A DNA stretch of 64,000 nucleotides, from NCBI GenBank assembly GCA_976226885.1, contig OZ320318.1, positions 27,404,001-27,468,000 of the forward strand, in the 5' to 3' direction. A program made the position numbers and the translations under genes. This document shows, one piece after another, positions 37,659 through 51,659 of this stretch. Every line of letters begins with the position of its first letter. Position 1 is the stretch's first letter. The DNA comes from Iphione sp. A-MEVVRFRX5 (taxonomy: Eukaryota). Under the pieces are notes generated by a model. That model was given only the letters and a program-made list of their open reading frames with translations, did no database searches and was not told the origin of the DNA.

Positions 37659-37993
37659 GGCCTAAAAAAGTTCTGTGTTTCTGGTAACCAGCCCAAAAAA
37701 GAGAGCGTTGGTCGGTAGGTACTATTTTTTTATTTTTCTATTTTTTCAATGTTAATTCAGGTTGGAGGGAGGAAATGTGTATGGTTATATCACTTCTACT
37801 GCTTAGATTTTAATGAAATATTTTATATCAAATGAAAGCCAATAACCTAAGGGGTAATTTGGTGTATAGAACACATCTCTATCATTATTCATTCTGAAGT
37901 TATTCAGAAAACAAGAAAAAATAAAAAGTTGCAATTGGCTCTAATGTAGGGTCGGTTGGGTTACTGGAAACACAGGTATTTTTTGTTTAGGCC
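37659..37993. mobile_element. PIF/Harbinger-type MITE, second copy
   Basis: TTA TSD on both sides; TIRs GGCCTAAA...TGTGTTTC(T/C)(G/A)GTAACC. Confidence 0.75.
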
Positions 37994-40900
37994 TTATTAT
38001 TTAATTATTGATTATTGTGATCGCAGCATCACCGAAAGACCTCCTGTTTTGTATCACGAGACATGAATAAACTATTCATTCATTCATCCCTTCATAATAC
38101 AAACATGTCTCTACTGGGGTGCACTTCAGAGAGAACGGATTCTATTGGCTATATAATCAAAAAAATCTCTAATAGGGACAAATTTAAATTAGTGACAGTT
38201 TGATAGGAGTAGATAGATACTCAAGGGGTAAATATGGGATGTGGCCAATATATCTCGCAAACACCAATGGGCTACTTTTATAACTGAATCCAGAAGAGTG
38301 TATGATTAACCATAAGTATGTCTGATTTCAAGTACTCTTTTATGGTTGCACAGTATATACATGTAGTTACAACAGTTAGTGGCAACAAAATGATTTCTCT
38401 ACAATATCTATTAGTCGCCTGTTTCCCATGTCAAGATCTGAAAAAGATGTTTTGACGATAATCCAGTTAGAATTAAAGAAAAATTGTAAGGCTACAAAGC
38501 GTCAGTTAAATGCGGTCCTTAGGTGCCTGCTGATATCATAACAACGGTCAAAAAACAAAATCCAAACCACTCCTCGCCATGTGCATGGAGTATGATACTA
38601 CAGTCAAACATCACCACTGTGGCAGACCAAGGACGGGGGGCAGATTTGGATTCTTTCTTGATTTTAGGGGCTCATAAATTCGGAGAGTCCAGAAATGGGG
38701 ACAGAAATAGCCAGCACCAACAGTGCCCCTTTTCCTGAGGTCTCACTGTATATATTTACTTCAAGATCGTTCGAAAGAAGTGTCTTTTATACATGCTGAT
38801 ATTTTATATCCAGTAAATCCTCTATAATTGTTTGGCTTGTATTCTAAGCTGACGTAACTTGTCTCTAGGCTCAGATGAATGATGGTTCGTGAAATAAATA
38901 ATGTCTACACAAGATCTGAGTTCAGTGTTGTCTGTCTCAAGTGCAGTGAGAGACTAACTCTTTATTCAAGAAGTATATCCCTAAGGTTATATACAAAGTC
39001 TGGCCCTAAGGGTGGCCATGTGATGCAATCAATCATCTAAATTTAGCAACATTAAACACCTTTTAACTACCTATTAACGTTTCAATTCAGAATTCTGCCA
39101 GTTCAAATAGGAATGTCTGCCACGAACCCTGCCTTTTTGCATCTCAACTGGGAATTATTCTGATTTGAGACCCAAGGTTTCAGTCAACATCTTAACTTTG
39201 CAAAGTATTATTCTTAAGTATTGGAAACCCATTACTCTAGGTTGAAACCAAACCGATACACTGATTTGACTAGAATTGCAAGTGACTACAATGGAATGTT
39301 AACCTTTCACAAGCTGCTACTTAGACACATCATATTATATCTTTTGTACTTTTAAATTCATAGAATCCATCTGCTATATTTAGCCCAAGTGTGTATGTGT
39401 AGGTGTGTGTGTTGTGGGGGAGCCCAATATTTATTACTGTAAGGAAATACATACATACTTCAGTGTAACAAGTATTGTTCATTGCTTTAAAACCATACGT
39501 GCCAAGTCGCCATATAGGTCAACAAGGGTCTCGAGGCAGAGTAGAAAGTGTATCCCCTCATTTTGACCAAAACATTAAGGCATTTTTTTTAAACAAAAGA
39601 TCGTACAGGCTACTGTTGCACTCCAAACTTATCTGAGCAAACTTGTAAGCTATTTTTACTGAAATGACGACAGACCGTTCGTTACAGTTGTTCACTTGAA
39701 CGTAGGTCTACCAATGAACTACACACTCACCCCGTGAAACACACGCCCTATCAATTATAGAGAACACAGGTGAAGCTTACTTACTCCAGCACAAATTATA
39801 TCGATTATAGCTAAGTACTATCATCGTTGTAAGTCAAATGACTTCCATGTTGTAATAAAACATGAAAACGAAGCTAATTCAATGAAAATGAATAGAAAAT
39901 ATGACAGCACATAATCGTTGTCCGGAGATTTTGTGCTTATTACCCGCATGTTAAATTTAGTCCAGTGTTATTTACTCCGACTAACTTTATAATAATTATG
40001 ACTCATTATGTCATTTAAAATGTCTGGTCTTTTCACTGATGTAAAGAAAGTACACTTATTATACAGTGTAGATAAAAAGCAATGTTTATGATTTAAACTA
40101 CATCCTGATATAAAGAATCGATTATTTTCTTACGTTTAGAAGTGAGAAACAAAGTTTCGAAGTACGAAAAATAGTTTGCAACAAAGTGTGATTTTTACTC
40201 CATGCATCTCGGCGAATGCGCTAGAAAAGGAATGACAACCCACATTTACGAAACAGTTGTACATACATGGCATTTCAGGAATAATGGCACAGGATCAAGC
40301 CTATGTGTGGGAATGACAGAGTCAACTTATTATGAGGGATCTTCCCCTCTTGCAATAATTATGTTGCATCTTATCCTTTCTGGCAAACTTCCAACCAATA
40401 GGCCTGAACGGTTACAAAAGGGAACTCTGTCATAGTGATAATTTAAGGGATTCAGAGAAGATTAAAGCACTATACCCATGTGCGTGAACCTCCCGGACCC
40501 GCCACTCTGTGCGTGGACAGCGGGATGTCTGACCCAAGCCATTAAGATATGATTATCCTCATGTATGTGAACTTCCCGGACCCGCCACCTGCTGCGTGCG
40601 GGACATTCGGGCTTTGTCCGGGAATTCCACACAATGCCACTTTGTGCGTGCTGGGAATACAATAGGATGCAACAGAATAAAGTAGAAAAGATAGGAATTC
40701 AATGAAATCTGCACAAAAAAACACATCATTTACACAAATTTGACAGGAATTCAGTGAAATCTGCACAAAATAACACATTATTCACACAAATTTGACAGGA
40801 ATTAGGTGAGATCTGCACACATACACTACACACACACATCAGGAAGACAATGCATATAATACATGCACATGGGTGTAGACCTCACCACCTGTTGCGGGAT

Positions 40901-43900
40901 GGTCTGGGATGCATGCATCACACCACTTTGTGCGTGCGAACATTTCACATCCATGGGTATAGCACTTAAGAAGAGATCAACAGATGCATTAAATCAGAAG
41001 GACGTCATCATCTTAAGCATGGTTTCCTTACCTGCGGAAGCATCCAGATGTATTGATGTGTGTTAGTGTGCGTTTTTATCAAATAAGTTGACCAGTATGG
41101 GGTGTTCCATATATGCATCTGCTATTTGTTTACTTTGGGGTGCATTGAGGTGCGTCGTCCATTTTGGCACACACACACAAACCAACACGAGTAGGATAGA
41201 GGATATATCCTTTGTGGCTGGCAACCAAATGTTATGTTTTAACACGATTCTGCACAATTCCCCACAATTCTGTCACCTTCACCAGTTTTAGTGCCTTTTT
41301 CCATTATTCTGTCAAATTTACAGATTTTTGCTGCTCTTCTCCATCAAATTTCCCAGTTTTCATATTTTTCCAGTCGAATTCACCGAATTTTGCTGCTGCC
41401 ATTGTAAAAAAGTATGCTGTCTGATTGGTTGATTCTCATTACGACGTCATAATTAGTAAAAATTACATCTGCAATACGAGTACCCGTTTATTCAACTGGC
41501 CACAGGATCACTGGGATCACCATGCCTTGTGCCAGTGGGATGATTTACTTCTCTGGTTTCTGTTTCTGTTGCAGTGTTTTTTTTCCAGGACTGGGGAGCA
41601 AACCCAAAGCCAAACATGCATGATCCTATGGAGCACTTAGTGTTTTGGTCATTTTACCAGGACTCCTTGCAGTAGAATAAGGTCTGCCAAATGACATCCC
41701 TGAAGCTGCTGATATCCTCCATAACTCATAAGTTTGGCCCCACCAGAGAAGGCTTCAGTCAACAAGCAGGATGTTGGGGCCCAAGACCTTGTTAGCCTAG
41801 GTGCCTTATACCTACCAACTGGTTTATCGAGGTGCTGGTCCTCTAGATCCACTGCAGGCTAGCCTGGGGGTGTAGGGTACCTAGTTTCCATGGTGTGCCA
41901 CAGTGAGGCACTGCAGCAGTCTTGGTGTTAGAGTTGGGCTATGACTGGCAAGGAAGAGCTTACACACTTGGTCTTCGAGTTTGCATGCAGGCATGCTAGC
42001 CAGTGGTCAATATACTAGTATACAATACGACTACAAGCAGCACAGTAGAAACATAGTAACACATATGCATCAACACACTTCTAGCCACCACCACACCAAT
42101 ATCACTGATCCCAGTGATCCTATCACAACTGAGTGCCAAACATATCAACTTGGCCAGTATATATGGTGACTCACACACTGCCATACACGCATACAAATGT
42201 ATACTCAATGAACATCACTGTGTGTGAGGTTCTGGGAAAAAGGAAAGGCATTGTGATGGACCCGGACCAGACCAACAAGTCTCTGCAAGGATACTGCATG
42301 GCGTTGCAGGATAGCAGCACGTCCAAGACCTAGCCAAAAGGTTGGCTGCATGTAGTGTTCCGTTACAAGTTGGTCCGGTAAAACATAAAGATCCTTACCT
42401 TCTTAGAGAATTTAGATGATGATACATTTATTTATTTCGCATAGCCTCACCAATATCGCCTTTGCATTTCGCATCGCTTTATGTTAGTTTGTATATCATT
42501 GTCGAATGATTTCTATCCGCAAAGGTTTATAAATAAAAGAAATGAGAAGTTTATAAGTTCTAGCTATCAATTAAAATGAGTTTTTTGCCTATCCTAACGA
42601 AACGTATTTTTATTCGGCTGTAAGCTTGTTGATCTGCTTAAATAATATGCCCTAGCTCAGGCTCCTGTCAGCTCTTCGTGTCTGTGCATGTTTGGCCTTC
42701 TGTGTTTACCAGGCTGATATTTTTGTATGAAAGTCGCTTCAGTTCAGTTCCAAAGCATTTTTGGTTTAAAAATTCATCATGCTCCAGACAAACATTAGAA
42801 ACTTTGGATGTCAGACCCTGAGCTCGTGCATTTGTCAGCGTGAAAACGCCGATGTTTACAATCTTTAACGCGGGAGTCTGCAATATTGCATATTGCCACG
42901 AGGTGGCAGCATTGAATGTAGCTAAGCCCGTGAGGAAAATCGTGACCATTGGTGGTTGGTAAGTCTTGGTTTCGGTTTGAAATTATGAAAAATTTGCTTA
43001 GATGGAAATGTTTTATCACTCATAACTCACAAAATATCTCTCTGGTATAAGGTCAGTACATCTCCTCCAAAGCATAATCACGTTTTTAATATCAAGACAT
43101 TCGAAGAACTTGTGTTACCCTTTTATCGCTCAATACTCGTCTGGTTGTCTCTCAGTCCGTTCCTCTCATGGATATCTTACTACTGCATCCTTCTGGGACT
43201 GGCTTTGTATATCGCCAGTGCTCATTGCAGTGGACGGGTCCAGAGGTCGGTTTTGTAGTATTGGGTGGGCAAACCTCATGAAATGGTTTAAATCTTGTCA
43301 CTATCAGACGAGGTGTGGAAAAAATGACCTTGCTTGCCTCATTCATTGCCTTTGGAACGGTCACGAAGCCACCCTCTAGCCTAGGCATAGATGCAGCTGC
43401 AGTCAGTGGTAGATAGTTTAAAGTTGCATCTAAATATTTTGGATGATATTTATTCTACCACACCGGCCCCTGGCTCAGCGTTTACTATGGGTTTTACTAT
43501 CCCTACATTTTTTGCATGCGTAATACGTTAAGTCGTAGGTTTATGGTTTTGTATGGAATATACATATGTACAAGTACATGTGTACTTTGGGTTGTTAAAT
43601 AGGTTGCGGGTGAAATCAACCACGGTTGAAATTGACTATTATTTCAGTCAGTGGTGCCAAAAGGGTTTAGGATGGGTAAAATGGCTTCCACCAAGGCAGT
43701 TATTCCAGAGGAAATAACTGGCAAATGCTTTCCATAGCCACAGGTAGAGACAAGTAAGCTGACCTTATAGCTCATTCATATCTGACCCCAATTTTTCATA
43801 GTAAAGGTCAACGTTTTCATCACTCAGTTATTAAAATATAAAAATGAGTGTAGTTTGTACTCTCAAGAGTATAGTGGGGACCCAGTTAATGGACAACTGA

Positions 43901-45877
43901 CCACTGCAGACAACTCTGTCTAGGTACATTAACAGCACACAAAGGTACAGAAACCGTCTATTTCTTATCTACGGCTTCTCGGCCACTGTGGACACGCACC
44001 TACCGTGGACAGCCGCCTGAAGAAAGCCCTCGTACAGTCCCAAATGAGCCATTCCTTGGGTACTGCAGACAGGCCATTCCTTAGGGCAGAGAAGGGCCTG
44101 GGACAGGTCGGGAAGACCAGCGCAAGAATGCTGACCATATCCTCAGATTTGCTCACACCTGAAGACTGTACAATAGAAGGACTGAGAGTAGTCAGGAGGA
44201 CTGGTGTGACACAGCCATGCACATCCTTGGATCAACCAACACCTGAAAATGGTGCCAGGGAAGGGCTGGGACAAATTAGGAGGATCACTGATCAGTGTGA
44301 CCAGGCCAGGCACCTCCAATCCATTGATATAATCAACACGTGAGAATGGTTTGAAGGAAGGGCAGGAAACGGCATAAACACTGTTTTAACATTGATTAGG
44401 ACTTATTTTACTACGTTTTCTACTACGTTTTCTAATACTATACAGGCGGCTCCTCCCAAACGGATTCGCAATATCCGGAATATTACTACCATTATTACAG
44501 GTTTAGACTCCGGTGGGCAAAGTGGTTCAAGTCCCCCCAGTGCACAGTAGAGTGTTCCACTGCACTCAGTAACTAAGCTCTTATGTTGTAGCTGGGTTGC
44601 CGTTCACTGAAGGGTCATTTACCACCAAGTGGTAAAAAAAATCCATACATAATTTTTTTTTGTATGGAAGTTGAGAAATAGCACATTTTCATAAGGTTGA
44701 GAGTCCATTGTGATGTTCACAACAGCGAAACATATTCTCTGACAAGAAAAGCTTTCAGTTTTTGATAGACTGGGAAGGTAACTGTCTCCCACTACGCTGA
44801 ATTTTCCAAGTGATTCAGCTTGCTCTAACTCTGGAATTGTCGGGTTTATAAATGAATGGATAAAATGGATAGAAATTATAGATCCGTTTTATCAGAGTAC
44901 AGGTTGATATTTTTACAATGACTTAAGTGTTTAAAGCTTAGCAACTAGGTTTGTTGTATGTCCAGTGTTTAGTGTATTGTGCAACTATGCGTTTTTCTGA
45001 AGAGGAAGCGACCTCCTCAATCAAGGTATCACTGAAGTATCAGCCACCCAGGTGCGATGCCATATTTTGTGCCTTTGCAATGTCACAGCGGACTCTTGAC
45101 CAGTAAAACCGGGAAGATTTAAGATATTGTTAGGAAAGTGTGAAAAAAAGGGTTATAATGCATTTCTTCACTGTGGCATGATTCCACATCAAGAATGGCG
45201 AAAATGAGACCTCCTTTGGCTTTGGCTGAGGACAGGCCCCTCAGCCTTCATATTAAGAGATAAGAGTCTATTTGATAAGCAAACAGTAAGATATTATTCC
45301 TTTGTGGTAGGCATTGTTCAATGGAGCATGGCAGAAGGTGTGTCCACAGGTTACTTCATCGACTTTTAGTACGGTAAAACCTCACTCCGCTGGACGCCCA
45401 TGATTCTCAATTGGAAGTGTCCCCCATTTAGGGTGTGTACTGTTCTGAGAGATCCATAAACTGTAGAGAACAGCGTTAGACCCAGCAAAATCTGTCCCAA
45501 TGCAAGAGATGGCCCTTGTTCTGGGGTGGTGGTGCACGGCAGTTATGTTGTAATTGTTACACAAAAAGATGGACTAGACATTATGTCTAAATTATCTGTT
45601 ACACAAATAACTTGATTTTTTTTCGTTTACACCTGTTCGGCGGTAACTGAGTCGTTTCTTCCTGATTAGCTATCAACTACTATAAAAAGCTCATTCTTTC
45701 TAAAATCTTTCGGGACACCCAGGGTGTAACTGCTTTAAACTTTACCCGAAAGATGCCATAACTCCGAAATACCTACTATAATTGTTGATAGGTAACTATT
45801 TTTTTGTACATCATTTCGTTTTTTTTCTATATTTCCAGAATACCTCTCGGAACTGCCACTGTTGACAAAGACCCCCC

Positions 45878-48800
45878 ATGTTTCTGGTGCTCTACACTCG
45901 TAGCACCAAGATAGTAAACTCACTATTCACCAGATGCTTGAAAAAGACTGTGTGTCAGCCTGCACTAACGCCGCCGGAATCTCGTCGAGCGGAATGCTTA
46001 CATCCTGTTGTACAGAAAGATCGGTTTCGCCTTCTTCAGTCTACCGCTATTAACACTCAGTTTCCCCCTTTCCAAAAACGGAAGCGAACGTATCCTTCCA
46101 ATTGCAATCAAGCGGTGTCTTATACGCCGTTTGCCTCATTGAGTCTCAACTCGCCCACCGGCTGCGCCCACCCAGAATATTCTGATGGATTCGTGAGGTC
46201 CAAGCATAAGAAAGACAGGAAGAATCTTAAGTCATCAGAGAAGGAGGGGATTGGAATCTTTGACCAGCAACAACTGCATATACGGCCGCAGTCACTTGAA
46301 CGACGGCAATCAGTGAAACTCGGATATATCTACACAACTCAGGGAACAGGTGCAATGGAGTCCAGGGGTGTGAAGTAAGTACAGGAGAACCCCACCATGC
46401 GACCAGTCGCCTAGGGCGACCAGTCGGCCAGTGCGACCAGTTTTACTAAGAACGAACCAAATTTCAGTACATTTGCTATATGTTACACTTCGCCCATGGC
46501 GACCACTTGGCTTGGGCGACCATTCGCCCAATAAGACCACTATTTCCAGTACCAAAGTAATGATTTCAAGGTGTCTATGGCGACCACCAGCCCACATACC
46601 CAAATAAACACTATGAAAATGACCCTTGAGGAAGTAATTTAGACTTCTTTTCCCCATAATATTCAGTTAATTTGGACTTTTTCCCCATAATATTCAGTTA
46701 ATTTGGACATTTTCCCCATAATATTCAGTAAATTTGGACTTTTCCCCCATAATATTCAGTTAATTTGGACTTTTCCCCCATAATATTCAGTTAATTTAGA
46801 CTTCTTTTCCCCATAATATTACCCATAGAGAAGGACACATAGAGAGGGACATAGAGAGAGAGAGGGAGACAGAGAGAGGGACAGAGAGAGAGGGATACAG
46901 AGAGAGGGATACAGAGAGAGAGGGAGAGAGGGAGACAGAGAGAGGGACCCAATGCCTTAGGCGACCATCTGCCTAATGCGACCACTTCAGCTCAGTCCCT
47001 TAGGTGGTCGCATTAGGCGGGTTCTCCTGTACAAAGTTGTTTTTACCTTCCGTCATTATTTCTTAGTTAAAATTCTGCATGTATTTGACTTTTTTTGTAC
47101 GTATTGGTTGTTATAAAGTGCAAAAGTCAATATAGTATTGTCTTAATCCGTATTTACAGACGTCGCAGTGAAATGCATCACAGTCCGCGGAAGAAGCAGC
47201 CTCGTCATGTGGGTAGTGAGCATGCTGCCTACTCATCAGGAGTTAGCCTGGAGATCGATCCAGTGAGTAATCCCTGTACAGGGTATGCCTCTGTTAACGA
47301 AGGACGTGTTCTAGGAATTCACTTCATTCTAGAAAACTACGTTTATTAGAGTCAAGTTTGTCCAAAATGTCTTTACGGGTTCTTTTTTTTTTAGGTTTAA
47401 TTAAAAAAAAAAAAATTATGTTTTCTCGTACATTGATATATCTGTACATATCTTTTTCTTTGTAGCTACCTTCTAGCTCTCTATATGGCACTTTGCGTCT
47501 CTTGTTTCCCAAGTTTTGGGAGCTACTTTGAAGAAAAATGTTTATGGAAAGTAGTCTTGGGCTACAGTGGAAATAGCCAGTTTCAATTCATTAAAAAGGA
47601 ACTTTGTTATCAGAGGCTTCGTTAAGAAAGGTATACCCGACTTGTCAGAGTGAATGAATTCTTTAGAGCAGATGTGTTTTCTGTAAACCAAATGAAACTG
47701 ATATGCTTCTCTTTTGTCGTTTTTTGCCGTAAAAAATAAGGACGGCTTTATAAGCTTAAAAACCGTTTCCTTTTGTATGCTGTTTTTTGGGGGGAAGGGG
47801 GAGGGATTTCCGGGAAGGTCTTGCACTTGTGCAAATGACTTGATATAGAAATTTGCAGGCATCTCTACATAGGTGTCATCTGTAGTACGTGTCACAGTCT
47901 CTCTGATAGTTTGCCTGTTGTAAGATGAAATGAAAACCACCAGAGCACACTGGATGCTACCCTGTAGTGTCAGTTGGTATGAGAAATATATTGCAGTATT
48001 GTGTGGATTTTAGGGGGAAAAGATGGGTTGTTTGGTAGCTCCATTTCCTTACCTCTTTTTAGGCGAGCACCCTAACAAGGGTCTGTAGGGTTGCCTTATA
48101 AGTTATAGGTAGAAGAGAGCTGTTAACGTTATCTGATGTTTCAAAAGCTCCACAGACTACGTAATAAGTACATGTCGGTGCGGTGCTTATGTGGTCATCT
48201 TTTTTAAAAGGATCACAGTTATGTGCCCGTCAGTGCTACCTTGAGGCAGCTCTCTTGATTGACCCACATTGCTTATGACCATCCCCAGCCGGTTTTCAGC
48301 TGGTTTCTTATATTTTCATTTATCTTTAGATTGATTTGGTTCAGATTGCCTACATTTTCTCTGTTTACCTTGACTTGTTTCCTACCTTTGATTTTCATTT
48401 TCCCCAGTGGACGCAATATATGTGGCAGTTTTATGAAAGTCGCCACCAAACAAAAGAAGTCTACATGAAGAAAATGAGGCTTCGTGAGGCCCTCTACACG
48501 TTAATGAAGGGAGTCTTTCCACGTAAGTTCATTGATGTGTGGTTGATTGACTGTTTTAATGATTGTTCTCTTGGTGACTTTCTCCTTTTGATTAAGATAT
48601 GAAGCCCGAAAACCTGAAATTTCAGACATGCGTAAGTTCTTGAGATGTCATATGTCAGAATCATTTCATGCGGTTCGCAGGTCTGTTGAAAGATGGGAGG
48701 ATACACATACATACATATATCATGTCTCTTGTCATGCCTTATGATCACCAGATTTTCTGTTCTTTATCAGATTGCGGAGTGTATGTTGTTGGTTCTTCAA

Positions 48801-51659
48801 TGAATGGTTTTGGGTCGAATAACAGTGACTTGGACATGTGCTTGATGCTGTCTCCGTCCGAGGTAAGACATTTGGCATGAAAATACCTTAAAAAAGAACG
48901 CGCTGCAGTGTACTCAATAAAAGATCAGATGTAATTTGTTCTTATTCAAGAATTGCCCTCTTTACGGAGTTAAATCAAAACACAGTTCTAATTAAAACTA
49001 GAAGAAGGACAAATCGATGTATTTCTAATGAATTTTACAGGGGACTAACAGTTTTCACAACATTAGTATAAAGTGCATTCATTGCATTATTTACAGATTA
49101 ATCAGAAGAAGGAAGCACCCGAACTTCTTCGAATTCTTCTCAAGTCTTTGCGAACATGCAGTAAGAATTCCACTACTGTCAACTAAGACAGTTTTTATTT
49201 AAGAAACACACGTATATATTAGCATGGTCCTTACAGTCTTTCAATATTAAATCTTGCTTATCAGATGACTCTGGAGTGCACCTATATGTTTATTAGCACA
49301 TGTAATATTCATCCAATTTAGGTGAATGTGGAAGTTTGGTATGTAGAATTATATAGGCATAACTTCAAAAAAACTATCTATTTGGGCATAGCTCTATGAT
49401 GGTATAGCTTTTTCTTTATACATTACCTACTAGTGATACGGTATACTGGTTTTTATACATTACCTAAAGATGATATGTTTAACAGGCAGTCCCACATTCG
49501 CAACTTATTTTCTTTCGCAATGATGCAGATATAGTGAGTGCAATGGTGTCATTCGGTTTCATGAACGTGGTTTGTTTTGACAGGTTTTCTTCGTGAAATC
49601 AACTTGATACGAGCTAAAGTACCCATCCTCAAGTTCCATGACCAGATCGGTGGACTGGAAGTGGATCTCAGCATCAATAATCCCGTAGGGATAAGAAACA
49701 CTCACTTACTGTATTCATATTCCAGGAGTGAGTAGACTTCATTTTGTCCTTAATCTTGTTGTCGGGTATCTCACGTCATTTAGCTAAAGGCAATACCCGC
49801 TATGTGTTTTTTATAATTTGTGACCTGGCAGCCGTTTCTGAATGTAATTCATATGATGGGGCTAAGTTCTTACGTAGAAAACAATATCTAAAATAAGTTA
49901 TAGTAAGAGTAAATAGTAGCAGACAAGTGATGGTATTTTCATCGTGAAGATCATTTTTGTTCTGAGGATTACACTTTTTAACATTTTGTTCGTAATTTTA
50001 TCCGTTTCCCCAGTGGATAAGCGAGTAAACCCGTTGGTACTTTTTGTGAAACATTGGGCCAAGTGCCAGCAGATTAACGATGCCAGTCAGGGCACGATAT
50101 CAAGTTTCTCACTCGTCCTGATGGTAATTCACTTCCTGCAAACAAGCCGTAAGTTTCAATAGTTTCTCTTTCCATCAACCACTTATCAGTAACATCTGTG
50201 GAACGTTGTACTTTAAGTGCCAAAAAGATTGAAAGAAGTTTACACAAAAAATATGCCAAAACGATGATTGTAGTACCTCGCTATCTATTCAGTGCCGTTC
50301 TCATTAAGTCACCTGTCAATAGTACGGGCCTTCACTGGAAATACATCATGTCACTCATCAGCGTAATTGGGCCCTTGCTGTGCATTTTTCGTGAAGTTAT
50401 TTTTTTAACGTGCAGTCTGGTTAAATGGAATATATAACACACACATCAGTTTTCGGACTAAATAAGTTTTTTTTTTAAAAGACAGTATACTAGTTGTTGC
50501 TATCTTTAAAGTTCAGATAGACAACATTAGAATAAAGTGAGGTAGGACAGAAAGTTCGGGGGATGGCTGTACGTAGTTTGTTTTTACTACATGTATAGAT
50601 CACAAAAGATGGAGCAAGTCAGAAACTCTTGAACACTGTTCTAGTAAGTGACCTTATTTTTTTCTTATACAGATCGAGGAGAACCAGCAGTACTGCCAAG
50701 TTTGCAACAGATGTATCCCGTGAGTAAATTTCTTACAGGTGGAAATTGCAATGTTTTCAACCTCATGCCACCTAGAATGGCAAGTTCCACAACGTGTATT
50801 TCACAGAGGTTTCACTTTATGTTTCCAGCAAAAGTTCAATAATCATATCGATATTCGGTTACTGACGCTGAGTGACAAGCTCCCCGAGTACACTTCGCCC
50901 AATACGCAGCCACTGGGTGATCTGTTCAAGTGCTTCCTGAGATACTATGCTCACGAATTTAAGTAAGATATTGAGTTAATTTGTCCCTATTGTTTTTTTT
51001 TATTCATTTAATTTCATCTATTTAGTTTGTACAGGTTTTATATTGTTCGCTGTCTGGTTTGGCCTGTTCATGGGAGAATGATACATTTCATGACAGACAG
51101 GAATGAACATGTAAACGATTATCATCACTTTCTTAACGTCCTGATGTCTTGCTTACCCATCTGCTTAAATTTATGTCCATGTTTAGTTTTCAGGAAGATG
51201 CAATCTCTGTTCGTCTTGGCAAAAAACTGAGCATATCACAGGTTATTGGTACGAACCCTAGTCAGTGGAAATTTCTTTGTATCGAGGGTGAGTAAAATGC
51301 CGCATTGGTTAATCAAGGATATATCAGTTCTCCAGAGTATATAGGCAATATAGAATAAGAATACCTAGCGGTGCATTTACGTTACATTATTAAGTTTTTT
51401 TTTTATGCATTGAGTCTGTGTCGCAGATTATTTCTATGGAATTTCCCCTTCCTCCCCGTCTATACTCTTCATACAAGTCACACCTCTCTCACACCTCACG
51501 CGCATGTGTTTCTTTCCAGAGCCCTTCGACTTGTCCAACACAGCACGCTCAGTGTACGACCTGTACGTTTTCCAGCGTATATACCGCGTAATTCGTCTCA
51601 GTTACGCACGCCTCACGCAAACAGATAACATCAACAGTATTCTCTATCAACCGCTGTGA
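45878..51659 (+). CDS. TENT2: Cytoplasmic poly(A) polymerase GLD-2 (TENT2/PAPD4), about 523 aa, 11 coding exons
   Basis: Exons 45878-46374, 47160-47262, 48408-48522, 48771-48862, 49097-49160, 49584-49727, 50014-50148, 50673-50719, 50829-50962, 51187-51287, 51520-51659. All introns are GT-AG with consistent phases (1572 nt). Motifs: VVGSSMNGFGSNNSDLDMC (nucleotidyltransferase), RAKVPILKF, VDLSINN, IRNTHLL, KHWAK...INDASQGTISSFSL, CIEEPFDLSNTARSV. The two N-terminal exons rest on splice phase only. Confidence 0.93.
46382..47029. mobile_element. Tc1/mariner(pogo)-type MITE in GLD-2 intron 1
   Basis: TA|CAGGAGAACCCCACCATGCGACC ... GGTCGCATTAGGCGGGTTCTCCTG|TA; contains a ~30-31-bp tandem array (~46640-46820) and a GA-rich simple repeat (~46840-46946). 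Confidence 0.88.

Noticed and set aside
43965-44343. Overlapping ORFs on both strands upstream of GLD-2
   Set aside because: No recognisable motif or splice sites; probably an old repeat fragment.
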